Shown here: piece by piece, positions 14,164-24,373 of the stretch
How positions within the stretch are numbered: the first letter of the stretch is position 1
Layout of the letters: each line of letters starts with the position of its first letter
Notes under the pieces: generated by a model
Told to the model about the DNA's origin: nothing
Databases searched by the model: none
The model's input: the letters and a program-made list of their open reading frames with translations, nothing else
NCBI GenBank assembly: GCA_016699265.1
Contig: CP064967.1
Location: 360,001-392,000 of the forward strand
Source: Candidatus Saccharimonadota bacterium
GTDB taxonomy: Bacteria; Patescibacteriota; Microgenomatia; UBA1406; GWC2-37-13
Reading direction: 5' to 3'
Length of the DNA: 32,000 nt
Translations under genes and position numbers: made by a program

Positions 14164-14726
14164 GACATCTTTCTTACTACCGCCTTCACTATTCCATGAA
14201 TTTTCAGCTCTTCTTTAGGATAAAAAGGTGGATATTTGGCATTTGCGGACTCAAGATACATTTTTTGACGAACATGGTCCTTACGCAATATTTTGAGCGT
14301 CCACTGACGATCTATCTCGGCCAAAATAATTGAGCCCGTAGTGGCATTTTGACGACGCTCTATAATAACAATATCCCCTTCAAAGATGCCCAAACCTATA
14401 AGTGAGTCTCCGCTTACTGTCAGTAAAAAAGAAGAAATGGGATCCTCGATAAGGTACTCGTCTAAGGTAAGATATTTCTTATCCTCTTCGGCAAGAATTG
14501 GAAAACCAGCCTTGACCAAACCAAGGAGTGGAAGGCTAAAAAATCTACTGGTTGGCGCAAGCTTACCTAGTTTTTTCTGTATGAATCCGTCCTCAACAAA
14601 TTTAGACACTATTCGGAACACGGCGTTCTTAGAGGACAATCCAAAGATTGTAAGCATCTCCTGATACGTCGGGAGACGATGGTTTTTTTTGTAGAATGTT
14701 TTTAGCTTGTTTAGACGTTGCTCCAT
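14160..14726 (-). CDS. lexA: LexA-type SOS repressor (S24 peptidase)
   Basis: N-terminal winged-HTH region. The Ala-Gly cleavage site is in LVKAGFP, the nucleophile is in VSGDSL, and the catalytic Lys is in WTLKIL. Confidence 0.85.
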   Translation of the reverse strand: MEQRLNKLKTFYKKNHRLPTYQEMLTIFGLSSKNAVFRIVSKFVEDGFIQKKLGKLAPTSRFFSLPLLGLVKAGFPILAEEDKKYLTLDEYLIEDPISSFLLTVSGDSLIGLGIFEGDIVIIERRQNATTGSIILAEIDRQWTLKILRKDHVRQKMYLESANAKYPPFYPKEELKIHGIVKAVVRKMS

Positions 14727-14824
14727 ACGATTAATTTGAAATTTGAAGTTAGAAATTTGAAATCAATATTAAATTTATATCTTTAAAAATTAAAACATTA
14801 AAAATTGAATAAAAATTAAAAACT

Positions 14825-14843
14825 CCTGTCTGCCGGCAGGCAG
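14825..14843. repeat. GC-rich near-palindrome CCTGTCTGCCGGCAGGCAG flanked by 8-bp direct repeats TAAAAACT (14817-14824, 14851-14858)
   Basis: 18 of 19 positions match 6391-6409. It sits in an otherwise extremely AT-rich spacer. Confidence 0.85.
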
Positions 14844-14875
14844 ATCAAACTAAAAACTATCATACGATTATCTTA

Positions 14876-14891
14876 GTGAACAATAGTTCAC
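14876..14891. promoter_or_regulatory. candidate SOS (LexA) box GTGAAC-AATA-GTTCAC
   Basis: Perfect 16-bp palindrome containing GAAC-N4-GTTC (the Cheo-box core). It lies in the lexA / SGNH-hydrolase divergent intergenic region. It is the only exact GAAC-N4-GTTC I found in the window. Confidence 0.6.
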
Positions 14892-15134
14892 ATGTCAAGT
14901 CCGACATTTTGTCGGGCGCAGATCGCGATGAAAATCGGGGTCAATCCAAGACGAACATAGTTTAGCAAATCTGTACGCTCCAAACTCAGTTAGCAGCCTT
15001 ACGAATTGTCTGATTCCGGAAGAAGGGGTTGTGTCTGGATTGTTGGAACACGCTAGATACAGACTTAATCAGCGTTTCACACTGTTTTATCAAGCTAATT
15101 TGACATTAGTTTATTTTTTCTATATTGTTATAGT

Positions 15135-16100
15135 ATGGCTGTAAAACAGTACGTGAGATACGATCAGGAAAAAACTGGTTTTATCCATCACCTATCAAGC
15201 AAATCATACATTAAGGCAGTAGTTACAATTGCGTGGAGCTTCATGATGTTTGCTTTAGCACTAAATCTTTCGCTGAGCTATTTTAGTAATAGACTGGGTA
15301 CCCGAGAACTTGCATCAGCGAAGCCACAGGAAAAGCTAATCCAAAACGGAGAGGTACAGGGTGTAGTTTCGGATATGACCAAAGTAACACCTAAAGTATC
15401 CTCTGTGGATGTTGAAGAGCAAGAGGATATAGTTAAAAATACCACCCGTTCACCAAGAAAAACTTCGTATAAGGTTGCTCTTTATGGTGACTCCATGATC
15501 GATACTCTTGGCACCAAGATTCAGGTTCTTCAAGATGCACTTAAAAAGAAGTATCCAAAAACCGTATTCACTTTCTATAACTATGGAGTAGGGGCGGAAA
15601 ATGTGGAACAGGGACTCAGTAGATTTGATAAACCATTATTAACGAGTGACCGAAACTACCCACCTTTTAGTACACTTGGAGCCGATATTATTGTCGTTGG
15701 ATCATATGCATATAATCCGTTCAGTCCGTTTGATCGAGATAAACACTGGATCAATCTTTCTAAACTTGTCGAAAAGGCTAAGGAGACCAATGCAGAGGTA
15801 TATTTACTGGCAGACATAGCTCCGGTGAGAGCTGAGTACGGCCGTGGACCAAAAGGTGTTAATTGGGACTCGGTAACTGCGTATGAGAAGTCCGGTCAGG
15901 TAATTCAGCTTCTTGAGAACACGGTTGGAATCTCCAAAAATCTAAATGTAATTCTTATCAATGCTTTTGAGAAATCTACGGTTACGGTTAGAGGTGATGG
16001 CAAACGCGAGTATGTAAGTACGCAAGATGGAGTTCATCCATCGGATGCAGGCCAAAAATTCATTGGAGAGCAGATTGCCGACACGCTCATGTTGGACTAG
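15135..16100 (+). CDS. membrane-anchored SGNH/GDSL-family hydrolase (321 aa)
   Basis: Block I LYGDSM and block V DGVHPS. N-terminal TM helix. Confidence 0.75.
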   Translation: MAVKQYVRYDQEKTGFIHHLSSKSYIKAVVTIAWSFMMFALALNLSLSYFSNRLGTRELASAKPQEKLIQNGEVQGVVSDMTKVTPKVSSVDVEEQEDIVKNTTRSPRKTSYKVALYGDSMIDTLGTKIQVLQDALKKKYPKTVFTFYNYGVGAENVEQGLSRFDKPLLTSDRNYPPFSTLGADIIVVGSYAYNPFSPFDRDKHWINLSKLVEKAKETNAEVYLLADIAPVRAEYGRGPKGVNWDSVTAYEKSGQVIQLLENTVGISKNLNVILINAFEKSTVTVRGDGKREYVSTQDGVHPSDAGQKFIGEQIADTLMLD

Positions 16101-16966
16101 TGAAGGATAGGGCGAAGATATCGTTGTACGAAATTTTCTATGCCGTTATTATTCAGATGATCTGAATCTAAGAAATACTTTGGATCTTTCATTACCTCAC
16201 TAAAATCGAATAACGCAAAGTGTTCGGTTTTCTGAAGTTTGACGAGTTCCTTCTTTACCTCCTCTGTCTGTTTGTGTTTGGGGAATAAGGTAGGTGGAAT
16301 GATTACCACAAGTTTTGCCCCATGATTAAGAGACAGCTCATTTACTTCATTTATGAACCTAAAGTTATCCGTATCGATAGGGTTAAGGTAGAGACTTTTC
16401 ATACGAGATTGAATAATCTGGGCAGAGGCAGTACTCTGCTTGATCTGCGTTGGTGACATCGTCTTGTATTGATTCATTGCAAACAGATAGGAAGTTGTGG
16501 TCTTCCAGTTGTAATCACCGCTGGTGAGGAGCGTGTATAAGAAGTCGAGTCTGAAAGGTTCGTGATCGAAGATATGGGGATTACTAAGAAGTTCTCTGCG
16601 ATAGAAAATAAATGGATCTAAAAAATAGACCGTAACTCTGTTTGTATTCCCTCGTTGGTAAAAGTAACTGAGGTATGTTTTCTGATTTTTAAGAGATTCA
16701 CGATTCCCTCCTTGAGACAGGTTTATAAATGATCTTTGAAGTAGCTTCTCGAACTCGTTATGATTCTCAGCCCGTGAGAAGATTCTCGCATGAGAAGAAC
16801 CAAGCAGTACAAAGTCATAGCTCTTGTTCTTGAGTATTACCGGAAGATTGGTTTCGGTTTCTCCGTTTCCTAGTTTATTTTCTGAAATGGAAAGCGGTAG
16901 ACATGAGATAGCAATCGTAAACACGAGAAAAATTCCAACCTTTACAAACAGTTTCATTGCATGCAA
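16097..16966 (-). CDS. secreted SGNH/DltD-like protein (about 286-289 aa)
   Basis: The LLGSSH and DSDHLN motifs resemble the Ser and Asp-x-x-His blocks of DltD/SGNH-like proteins. The likely start is the ATG at 16957, with TATAAT 8 nt upstream. Confidence 0.5.
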   Translation of the reverse strand: MHAMKLFVKVGIFLVFTIAISCLPLSISENKLGNGETETNLPVILKNKSYDFVLLGSSHARIFSRAENHNEFEKLLQRSFINLSQGGNRESLKNQKTYLSYFYQRGNTNRVTVYFLDPFIFYRRELLSNPHIFDHEPFRLDFLYTLLTSGDYNWKTTTSYLFAMNQYKTMSPTQIKQSTASAQIIQSRMKSLYLNPIDTDNFRFINEVNELSLNHGAKLVVIIPPTLFPKHKQTEEVKKELVKLQKTEHFALFDFSEVMKDPKYFLDSDHLNNNGIENFVQRYLRPILH

Positions 16967-16995
16967 TTATAGTTGTTTTACGGTAGTGGGAAGTA

Positions 16996-18255
16996 TTAAG
17001 ACTCTCCTCGCTTATAAAAGCCGAGCTGGTAGAGAATAATCTGGAAGCGCTCCATCCATGTGCGATTTTTCTTTGTTAGTCGAATTTTCAGACTGTGAAT
17101 ATTTTGTTTATCTCGTGATGGGGTACGAAACTGTGAAGAAAAATATCCTTCTTTGACAACTGTAGCATTATTAAAATCTTTTGTTGAGACGAAGCTGTAG
17201 ATTCCTTGAGTGTCTGAAACTACCATATCTATATCTTGTATACCCACCATTGCGCCGGAAATAGGATTGTCCCACTCGTCAACTACCTGACCCGTAGTTT
17301 TAATTGGATCAAAGTACTCGCGTAGAGTATTTACTGCAGATTTCGGTTTAAACTTATCGTCAAATATCTTGGTCGATCCTCCAAATGCCGTCCAGTAGTT
17401 GATTCCTTTTACAATATCTCGGTGTTTCGCCAGTTCTTTCAGATTGGCTCGGATAAGACGATCTTGTTCCCAGTCGCTCAGATCACCGTGAATATCTGGG
17501 ATGGGTGCGCCGTACTCTCCCAAGACGATTGGGAGATGATTTTGAGCATAGAGTTCTTCTATGTCTCGGATAAGTTCTTCCGGTGTTTTTACATAGTGAT
17601 CAATAACCTGAACTCCACCTGATTGCTCAAGTACATACTTCGGAATCATTTTAGCCACATCACCATTAGTTGAAAAATAGCCACAACTTACAGTTCTACT
17701 AATTGCTGCGAATGCATTCATGCAGTTTGCATAGGATGCGGGAAGAAACTCAAAAAATTTCTTTTTTATATCCTCTCCCTGTCGAGGATCACCAAATCCT
17801 CCGTTCTCTGGTTCTGGTGCAGGGGTAAAAATATCTCCCTCTTTAAAGAGATCTGGATGTTTCGTTATAAAAGCATAGGTCTTATCATTATGCTCGTTTG
17901 GATCCTTAAACTTTTCATATCCGAACCACCCCTCCCAAGCACTGAAATTGCCTCTAAACCAGACATTTAAGCCGTGTTTACGGGCCTCCACTACCCATGT
18001 CGCAAGAACGGGATAGAACTCCTCATCGTACGGTGTTGATATTGCAATATGGCTTGGATGAATCTCGGCTACCTTGTCTACAAGAAGCGGGATTTGATCG
18101 GTCACATCTGGATTGCGTGCCGCGTCTCGTGAGTACTTCATCGTGTCTACCGACTGGACCTCAAATAGCCGGTCGCTCGCATGAACATTACCATTAAACA
18201 TAGAACTTAGAACGTAAAGTGCAAAAATAAAAATCAAAATTAAAAACTGTTTCAT
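16996..18255 (-). CDS. secreted protein, putative TIM-barrel glycoside hydrolase with a C-terminal carboxypeptidase-regulatory-like beta domain (419 aa)
   Basis: Signal peptide present. NVWFRGNF / VLGEYG-type acid and nucleophile-like motifs. The C-terminal GQVVDEWDNPISGAMVGIQ...DTQGIYSF pattern is present. The functional call is tentative. Confidence 0.5.
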   Translation of the reverse strand: MKQFLILIFIFALYVLSSMFNGNVHASDRLFEVQSVDTMKYSRDAARNPDVTDQIPLLVDKVAEIHPSHIAISTPYDEEFYPVLATWVVEARKHGLNVWFRGNFSAWEGWFGYEKFKDPNEHNDKTYAFITKHPDLFKEGDIFTPAPEPENGGFGDPRQGEDIKKKFFEFLPASYANCMNAFAAISRTVSCGYFSTNGDVAKMIPKYVLEQSGGVQVIDHYVKTPEELIRDIEELYAQNHLPIVLGEYGAPIPDIHGDLSDWEQDRLIRANLKELAKHRDIVKGINYWTAFGGSTKIFDDKFKPKSAVNTLREYFDPIKTTGQVVDEWDNPISGAMVGIQDIDMVVSDTQGIYSFVSTKDFNNATVVKEGYFSSQFRTPSRDKQNIHSLKIRLTKKNRTWMERFQIILYQLGFYKRGES

Positions 18256-18293
18256 TTAAAATTCAATAAAAATTAAAAAATAAGAAATAAAAA

Positions 18294-19902
18294 TTAATTA
18301 CTGATTCTTCGAAAAATCAGAATCTCAGGTGAGGTATAGACCTTTTGAAAGTACTTATACAATCGTCCTCTTACCTTTGTGTCGTCATAGACAGCCTTCC
18401 AGACCGTATCATTTTTTTGCATCACAATCCATCTTGCATAGCGCTCAGGAGCTACGAGTGATTCGGCCCAGTACGGTTTATTACCAATATAGATGCTGCT
18501 TTGCATAGGAATACCGGTACGGACAAGACTTACTGTACGAGCATAGTCATCCATCAAGACAAGTCCATTATCGTAATTATCTTTAAGCCAACGTTCAGCA
18601 ATTGGTCTTTTTGCGTGGGATAGTCCGACTACGCCATCTTCCCAGGTAATGACCTTCGAGTATCCGACAAAATACAGACCAAACTGAAGAATAAACAACG
18701 CCACAATCAAAGCACGTCCGCCAGATTTTGAGCGATTCCACAACCACCCAGAAAAAATTGCAGCAAACGGTACTGCCATCAGTCCATATCGAACATTAAA
18801 TAAACGCCACTCAAAATCTACCGGTGTAAGATGAGGAATAAATATGACCGACTGACCGACAAAAAGAGTAAAGATGTAAAAGATAAACGGCGTAAGTAAA
18901 ACAAATGAAATTAGGAATCTCTTCTTCGCCTCTTTATGCAGAAGGTACGAAATAAATCCAACTACTGCCATAAAAAATACAATAATGCCAATATTACTCA
19001 TTGCGGTTACGAGGTAGTATGCGACTGCGGAACCAATGTTATGAAAGCTGGGTAACTCACCTCTTGACAGCCAGTTGGCTTGCTGAGTCTTGGCCGAGAA
19101 TTCACTGTTAGAGAAGTAGAGTGCATCGCCAAGGATGAGGAAATCCCACAAAAACCATAGGGCAATACCAAAAAATGCAGGCGTTGCATATAGTAAGACC
19201 TTACCCTCAAGCTTTTGCCATAGAGGTTTCCCTTCTTTGAAGACTCGCGTAATATACATTCCAAAGACAGTAGCTCCTTGAAAGGCAACTAAGAACCAAC
19301 CATCGTAGCGCGTAAGAGTTGCGCAGAATCCAAAGAAAGCCGCCGCAACAAGCGAGAAGATAAAGCTATCGTTTCTGATAAATCTGATAAAGAAGTAGAT
19401 AGACAAAACGAAGAACATTATTAAGGTCATCTCGGTCATCGGAGTGGTCTGCATGTAGAGAATGTTGGGATTAAGCATGAAAACGAGAGATGCAAAAAGT
19501 CCTGCCCACCGATTGCGCGTCAGGAGCCCTGTTGTTTTAAAAATAAATACAGAACTCACAATATATGCGAAAGATGAGACGATAGATCCAGCAAGTCCCG
19601 TCCGCCATAAAGGATCGAACCAGATGAACGGAATCATTAAGAGGTGTGGAAATAGGAGCCATATTCCACCTAATTGAGCAAATCCTGGCGTTATGCTACT
19701 CACAACACGCTTAGCAATATTTAGGTGCGACTCAGCATCACCATAGGATACGATGTAGTCGTGAAAAATAAGACCAAGCAATTGCGGTCCAGCTAAACAC
19801 AAATGCCATTACAGCAATAACAATCTGCCATCTCGTATTACGATATACATCGCTCAGCCAATCCTGAATTGTTTTTGTCGGAATACTAAATGTTAGATTC
19901 AT
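18294..19902 (-). pseudogene. GT-C fold membrane glycosyltransferase (ArnT/PMT, GT39-like) with one frameshift near the 5' end
   Basis: Two ORFs (19738-19965 and 18294-19802) join as ..FSWTAIAWSYF|HDYIVSYGDAESHLNIAKR.. if the A5 run at 19764-19768 is shortened by 1 nt. The protein has more than 10 TM helices. The likely start is the ATG at 19902. Confidence 0.7.
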
Positions 19903-21428
19903 GATTTTTTCAAAAAAGAGGAAAACAAATAACAATATTAAGACAATAAACAGCAGCGACCCCAAATTATGTAGAAATATTCATAGAGGGTAAACGTAGA
20001 TCGTAAATAAGTGTTATAGATAAAATTACCGGTTTTATCTATGCCCATGAGCTCAAAGGCGCGCATGAAGTTGTAATATGGAATTTTAGGAAGTCAGCCT
20101 CAATTTTGGAGGAATCGCGTTTGTTGTCAATGCTCCTCCGAGCGCTACCGCTGATGAAAAAAACAAAAAGGAGGTAAAATCCAAGTCGCTTAAGCATAGA
20201 GTACGACCCTTTACTAATACCTATTGTAACTAAAATAGAGAACGCTGCCATTGCCGGAACAAGATACCTTGGTCCATAAGCCCAACCACCCCACGGATCA
20301 CTCCAGCTGGAATATACGAACATGCTTGAAAGAATGAATGAAAACAAATAGAAAAACTCTAATTTTGCTTTTTATTATACTGCCAGAATGAAAGAAGAAA
20401 TAAGATCAGTATAGGTGAAAAGAAAAAGAGTCCCTTATCATTACCCACCGCTAGTGTTTTGAAACCTTCAGGAGTTTCTTCTTCAGATAATGAGTTGAGA
20501 ATTGGTGGCCGACTATACTTAATTGGTTCAGTTTTTTTGGAAACCGTCAATTGGTTAGTAAGCTTTCCATTAATAAAAGCGTATCGAGGAAGCTCATTTG
20601 CGAGCTTTGTCCAATGTCCAAAGATAGTTTGATTTCGATAAAGATGCAGTATGTTAAAAGTCATGAAAATGACAAGCATTACAAAAAAGCAGGCTTAAAA
20701 TTAATCTTTACTTTATTTTTTAATGACTCGGTACTGAATGACGAAGCAAAGAAATAAACACCTAAAGGCGAGAGAGTTAGCGCATTTGGATAATCTATGA
20801 ATAGAGCCAATGCGTAGAGTGATCCGACCAGTATTGCGTATAGATAAACAAGACTATTCTTGGCATTTTTATACTTCCAAGTAAGATAAAACATTAACAT
20901 GGCGATAAATGCAGTTGGGGCATGTTGGTAGATAGTTATTGAGTAACTCCACGCTGTGGTAGCGAATGCAAAGGTAAGTGGAGCAAGAATTGATGCCCAA
21001 ATAGGAAGTTTGAAGATATTTCGAGAAATTAAGAAAATGAGTATGATGGTGCCGACGGTTAGCAGACCCATTACTGCAAATGCTGACAGTGATCCTAGAT
21101 TGTAATTCTGACCTATGATGTATCCGCCTAGAATTAGGTACGAAACACCTGAGGGGAAAAAACTGTAAATTTTATCTCCGTCGTAACCTGCGTCAGGTGA
21201 GGCAAATAAACCTAGTTCTTTACCCAATTCGATAGTTCCTCTATCTTTGATTGCGAGCATTTCCGCATAGGGCGCACGCTCATGTGAAGACTCGAACGGT
21301 AGAGTTTCAGCATTCAGTCTACTTAGTTCAGGTATTGATTCATGATTCCCATATTCTCCACGAAGCGTTGCGGTAAGTAAAACAGCGCTAAGTACTATGA
21401 GGAATATAATGGATAATATCTTTTTCAT
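19899..21428 (-). pseudogene. second GT-C fold membrane glycosyltransferase, fragmented by at least 3-4 frameshifts
   Basis: Fragments 20679-21428, 20359-20679 and 20039-20347 are contiguous pieces of one polytopic protein. The junctions lie at A6 20683-20688 and T5 20369-20373. A further frame (..IPYYNFMRAFELMGIDKTGNFIYNTY..) continues to about 19899, so the 3' end is uncertain. Confidence 0.65.
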
Positions 21429-21472
21429 AACTATATCAATCTATATCAATTATACCACGAAACAGAGAGGTT

Positions 21473-22715
21473 TTATGAGCCAAACTGTTTTGTCCACAGT
21501 TTGAGTGTAACTGAATCTAAAGGGAGTACCACATCATCAAATGTCAGGAAGTCGTCCTTAGCAACATCTCGCTTAAGAATGAGGTTTTCTGCAAGACCTA
21601 TGGGAAGAAGATTTTCTTTTCTTGCGACTGGACTATTCTCACAGACTCCATACATTGTGTACCCACCCATGACATCAAGCTTTTCCCCTTTTTTCATGTC
21701 TTTCTTCATTGCTGTTATTACCTCAACCAATGGTTTATCTCCTACTGCGACAAGAGTGTCGTCTTTATGCAAAAATGCTCGAGCAATTGAAGTTGGAGTT
21801 TCAAAATGGCAAAGATGATACGGTGCATAAAAAGGATAGATCGGTCCTTCCCCAACCTTATACAAGTTTAGATAATGTTTTTGAATAGGATCATCATGAG
21901 TAGCAAGTACAAAAATTCCTCCGTTAGGAACCGGACCAACTAAGTAATCAACAATACCTGTTTTGCTATTTACCAACTCATCAGCGCTATATTCTTTCAC
22001 TGCTTTTTCTAGGGGAGTTCCTGACTCAACGGTGAGTCCATGCATACCACGCTTGGCTACGGTCATACCGGTACCATTGGCAACGCAGGCTTGCTCAAAA
22101 GAGATTTTAGTTCCATCGGCGAAGGAGGTCACCATATAAGGATTTTGTCCCCATTTTTTTGCAAATGATTCCTGAGTGGTTGGGTTTCTGTATGGATCTT
22201 GAAGACCTTTGATGTTTCCACAAAGAACTGGTTTAAGACCAAGTCCTTTAACATAGCGGTAAAGATTCATCTGTACACCAGGTTGATCGCCATCTGACAA
22301 TGTGTAGACAACTCCAGCTTTTGTGCGAGATCTCTAAGCGCATACCCGATGGTACCATCGACTTCAGCGTTCATGGAGACAACATGCTTCTTGTGTGCAA
22401 TTGCATCGACAATAACATTGGTTCCATACTCTATGGCTCCCGTTACCTCAACTATGACATCGATATCTTCGCTTTGTGTGAGATCTTTGTAGTTGTCGGT
22501 CACTACTACTCCCCGATCTTCAGCTTTTGCTTCCTTGAGAATTGCATGCGCTTTATCTGTAGTTCTGTTGGCTATTCCGACCAACTTCATTCCTTTAGTG
22601 TAGTTGAGGATCTGAATGGCTATACCACGCGCCATGAAACCAGCTCCAATCAGACCAACTCTGATGGGAGTGCCTTTTTCTCTAGTTGTTCGAGTTCCTT
22701 ATCGATTATTATCAT
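21473..22715 (-). pseudogene. NAD(P)-dependent oxidoreductase with C-terminal SAF domain (homoserine-dehydrogenase-like, COG4091 type), two frameshifts
   Basis: The pieces MIIIDKELEQLEK|KGTPIRVGLIGAGFMARG... and ..DLAQK|AGVVYTLSDGDQPG.. join after 1-nt corrections at T5 22675-22679 and T4 22319-22322. A Rossmann GxGxxG motif is present. Confidence 0.65.
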
Positions 22716-22823
22716 AAAAAAGTTATAAGTTCTAAGCTCTAACGCTCAAATAATTTCTAAGTTCTAATAATAAACTTTTCAGATTTATGATTTAGAATTT
22801 ATTTGGATGTTAGGATTTAGTAT

Positions 22824-23349
22824 TTAGGATTTATAATCAGGCCAATTTTTATCTTTATCGCTCATCTCGGTTGGCTCTGATGGCCACTCAATCTTAAACA
22901 TCGGATCGTTCCATCTAATTCCGGACTCAGATTCAGGGAATAGAACTCAGAAACTAAATAGGTAATCTCTGCATTATCGGTAAGTGAGATTTGACCATGT
23001 GCGAATCCTTTGGACAGAGCATTGCTCTATGATTGTCTTCTGAGAGTTCTACTCCAAACCACTGTTTATAGGTGGGCGATTCAGGTCGAAGATCCAGGAT
23101 GACATCAAAGATTGCACCTTTTGTACATCTGATTAATTTATCTTCTTGATGAGGAGTTTTTTGAAAATGAAGACCACGCAACGTTCCTTTCTTTGCACTG
23201 AGAGAAACATTTCCCTGCTTTACTACAAATGGAATCCCGGCTTTATCGAATTCATCAAGACAAAATGATCGACCAAAAACCACGGTCGTCTCCCGTTTTT
23301 CAACCGCAACAACGTTTTTATCTTTTAGTGGTGTTTTGGTAAAGATCAT
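22824..23349 (-). pseudogene. dTDP/CDP-4-dehydro-6-deoxy-sugar 3,5-epimerase (RmlC/cupin family), two frameshifts
   Basis: The first 131-aa ORF carries the RGLHFQ motif. The remainder (..KGFAHGQISLTDNAEITYLVSEFYS | PESESGIRWNDPMFKIEWP..) is found in the two other frames. Confidence 0.65.
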
Positions 23350-23350
23350 A

Positions 23351-24370
23351 TTATTTACTCCAGAATAATTTATTATCTACTTTATGTTCTGACTTTAAAT
23401 ACTCAAGTTGTTTAAGGCGAGTATAAAGACGAGACTTATGCAGTTCTGTAGTGAGGTGTATTTCAGCAAAGATTTTCTGGAGTTCCTCTGCACCTTTTTA
23501 CATTACATTGAGTTTTAAACTCAGGAAGAACCTTTGGATCCTGTCAAAGTTCACACGATAGTTTCGTTTGTCTCCGGTGCTGTCGCCAAATTCTGTGGTA
23601 CAGCCGGGAAAGACCTCAGCAATAATCTCAGCCAACTGTCGCACCTGATAGTTATTGTCATTACTTCCGACATTGAATAGCTGGCCACCAATCGTAGAGC
23701 GTGGAGCGTTAAGCGTTAATCGTACTGCTTCACAGACATCAAGCACATGGACCAATGGTCTCCAAGGAGAACCATCACTGGTCATACGAATTATTTTTTC
23801 GGTGTGAGCTAAGGCACAGAGATCATTTACCACCAAATCAAATCTCATTCGTGGCGATGCACCAAAGACGGTTGCATTTCTAAAGATGGTAATGGTAAAT
23901 GACTCTTCATTCATCTTCATGAGCATCTCTTCGTTCTTGACCTTTGAGATTGCGTAGGCGGTAAGAGGATTTGGTTTAGTACTCTCATCGCTAATGTTCT
24001 CTGAAGCGCCGTAGATGCTACATGAAGAAAAATAAACAAAGCGCTTAACTCCTGCCTGTTTTGCTGCCTCTGCTAAGATCTTTGTTCCACCTTGGTTAAT
24101 CTCAAAGGTAAGCTCTGGATCATTTTGCCCAAGAGGATCATTTGAGAGCTCAGCTAAGTGAACAACCGCCTCAAATCCTTTCAAATCTTCAACCGTAACA
24201 TTGCGAACATCCTTATTGATGAGCTCATACTCAATACCGGATACCGGATACAGATGTCCATCTGCATAGAAATTAGTGTCCAGTCCTACGACATCAAAAC
24301 TTTTTTTAAGAAGCTCTTGTACGAGAATGGTGCCGATGTAGCCTTCTGAGCCCGTAACTAGTACTTTCAT
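23351..24370 (-). pseudogene. NAD-dependent epimerase/dehydratase (extended SDR), C-terminal region disrupted
   Basis: GSEGYIG Rossmann motif and YAISK catalytic motif. The ORF stops at 23498, yet the same frame continues after the TAA with KGAEELQKIFAEIHLTTE..RLKQLEYL... The expected linking peptide VLPEFKTQCNVK is read in the +1 frame, which indicates two opposite 1-nt indels about 45 nt apart. Confidence 0.6.
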
Positions 24371-24373
24371 ATG

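Noticed and set aside
14970-15063. SRP (4.5S) RNA, suggested by TTCCGGAAGAAGG resembling the GGAA-tetraloop helix 8 region.
   Set aside because: A hand fold does not reproduce the conserved symmetric and asymmetric loops or the GGAA-closing pairs, and the AGCAGCC-like string is on the wrong arm. It is kept only as an unassigned structured candidate.
22347-22360. Perfect palindrome CGATGGTACCATCG, which shares CCGATGG with hairpin 2 of the tRNA-Asp element.
   Set aside because: It lies inside a well-supported coding region of the oxidoreductase. The shared part is only 7-8 nt, which is consistent with chance.
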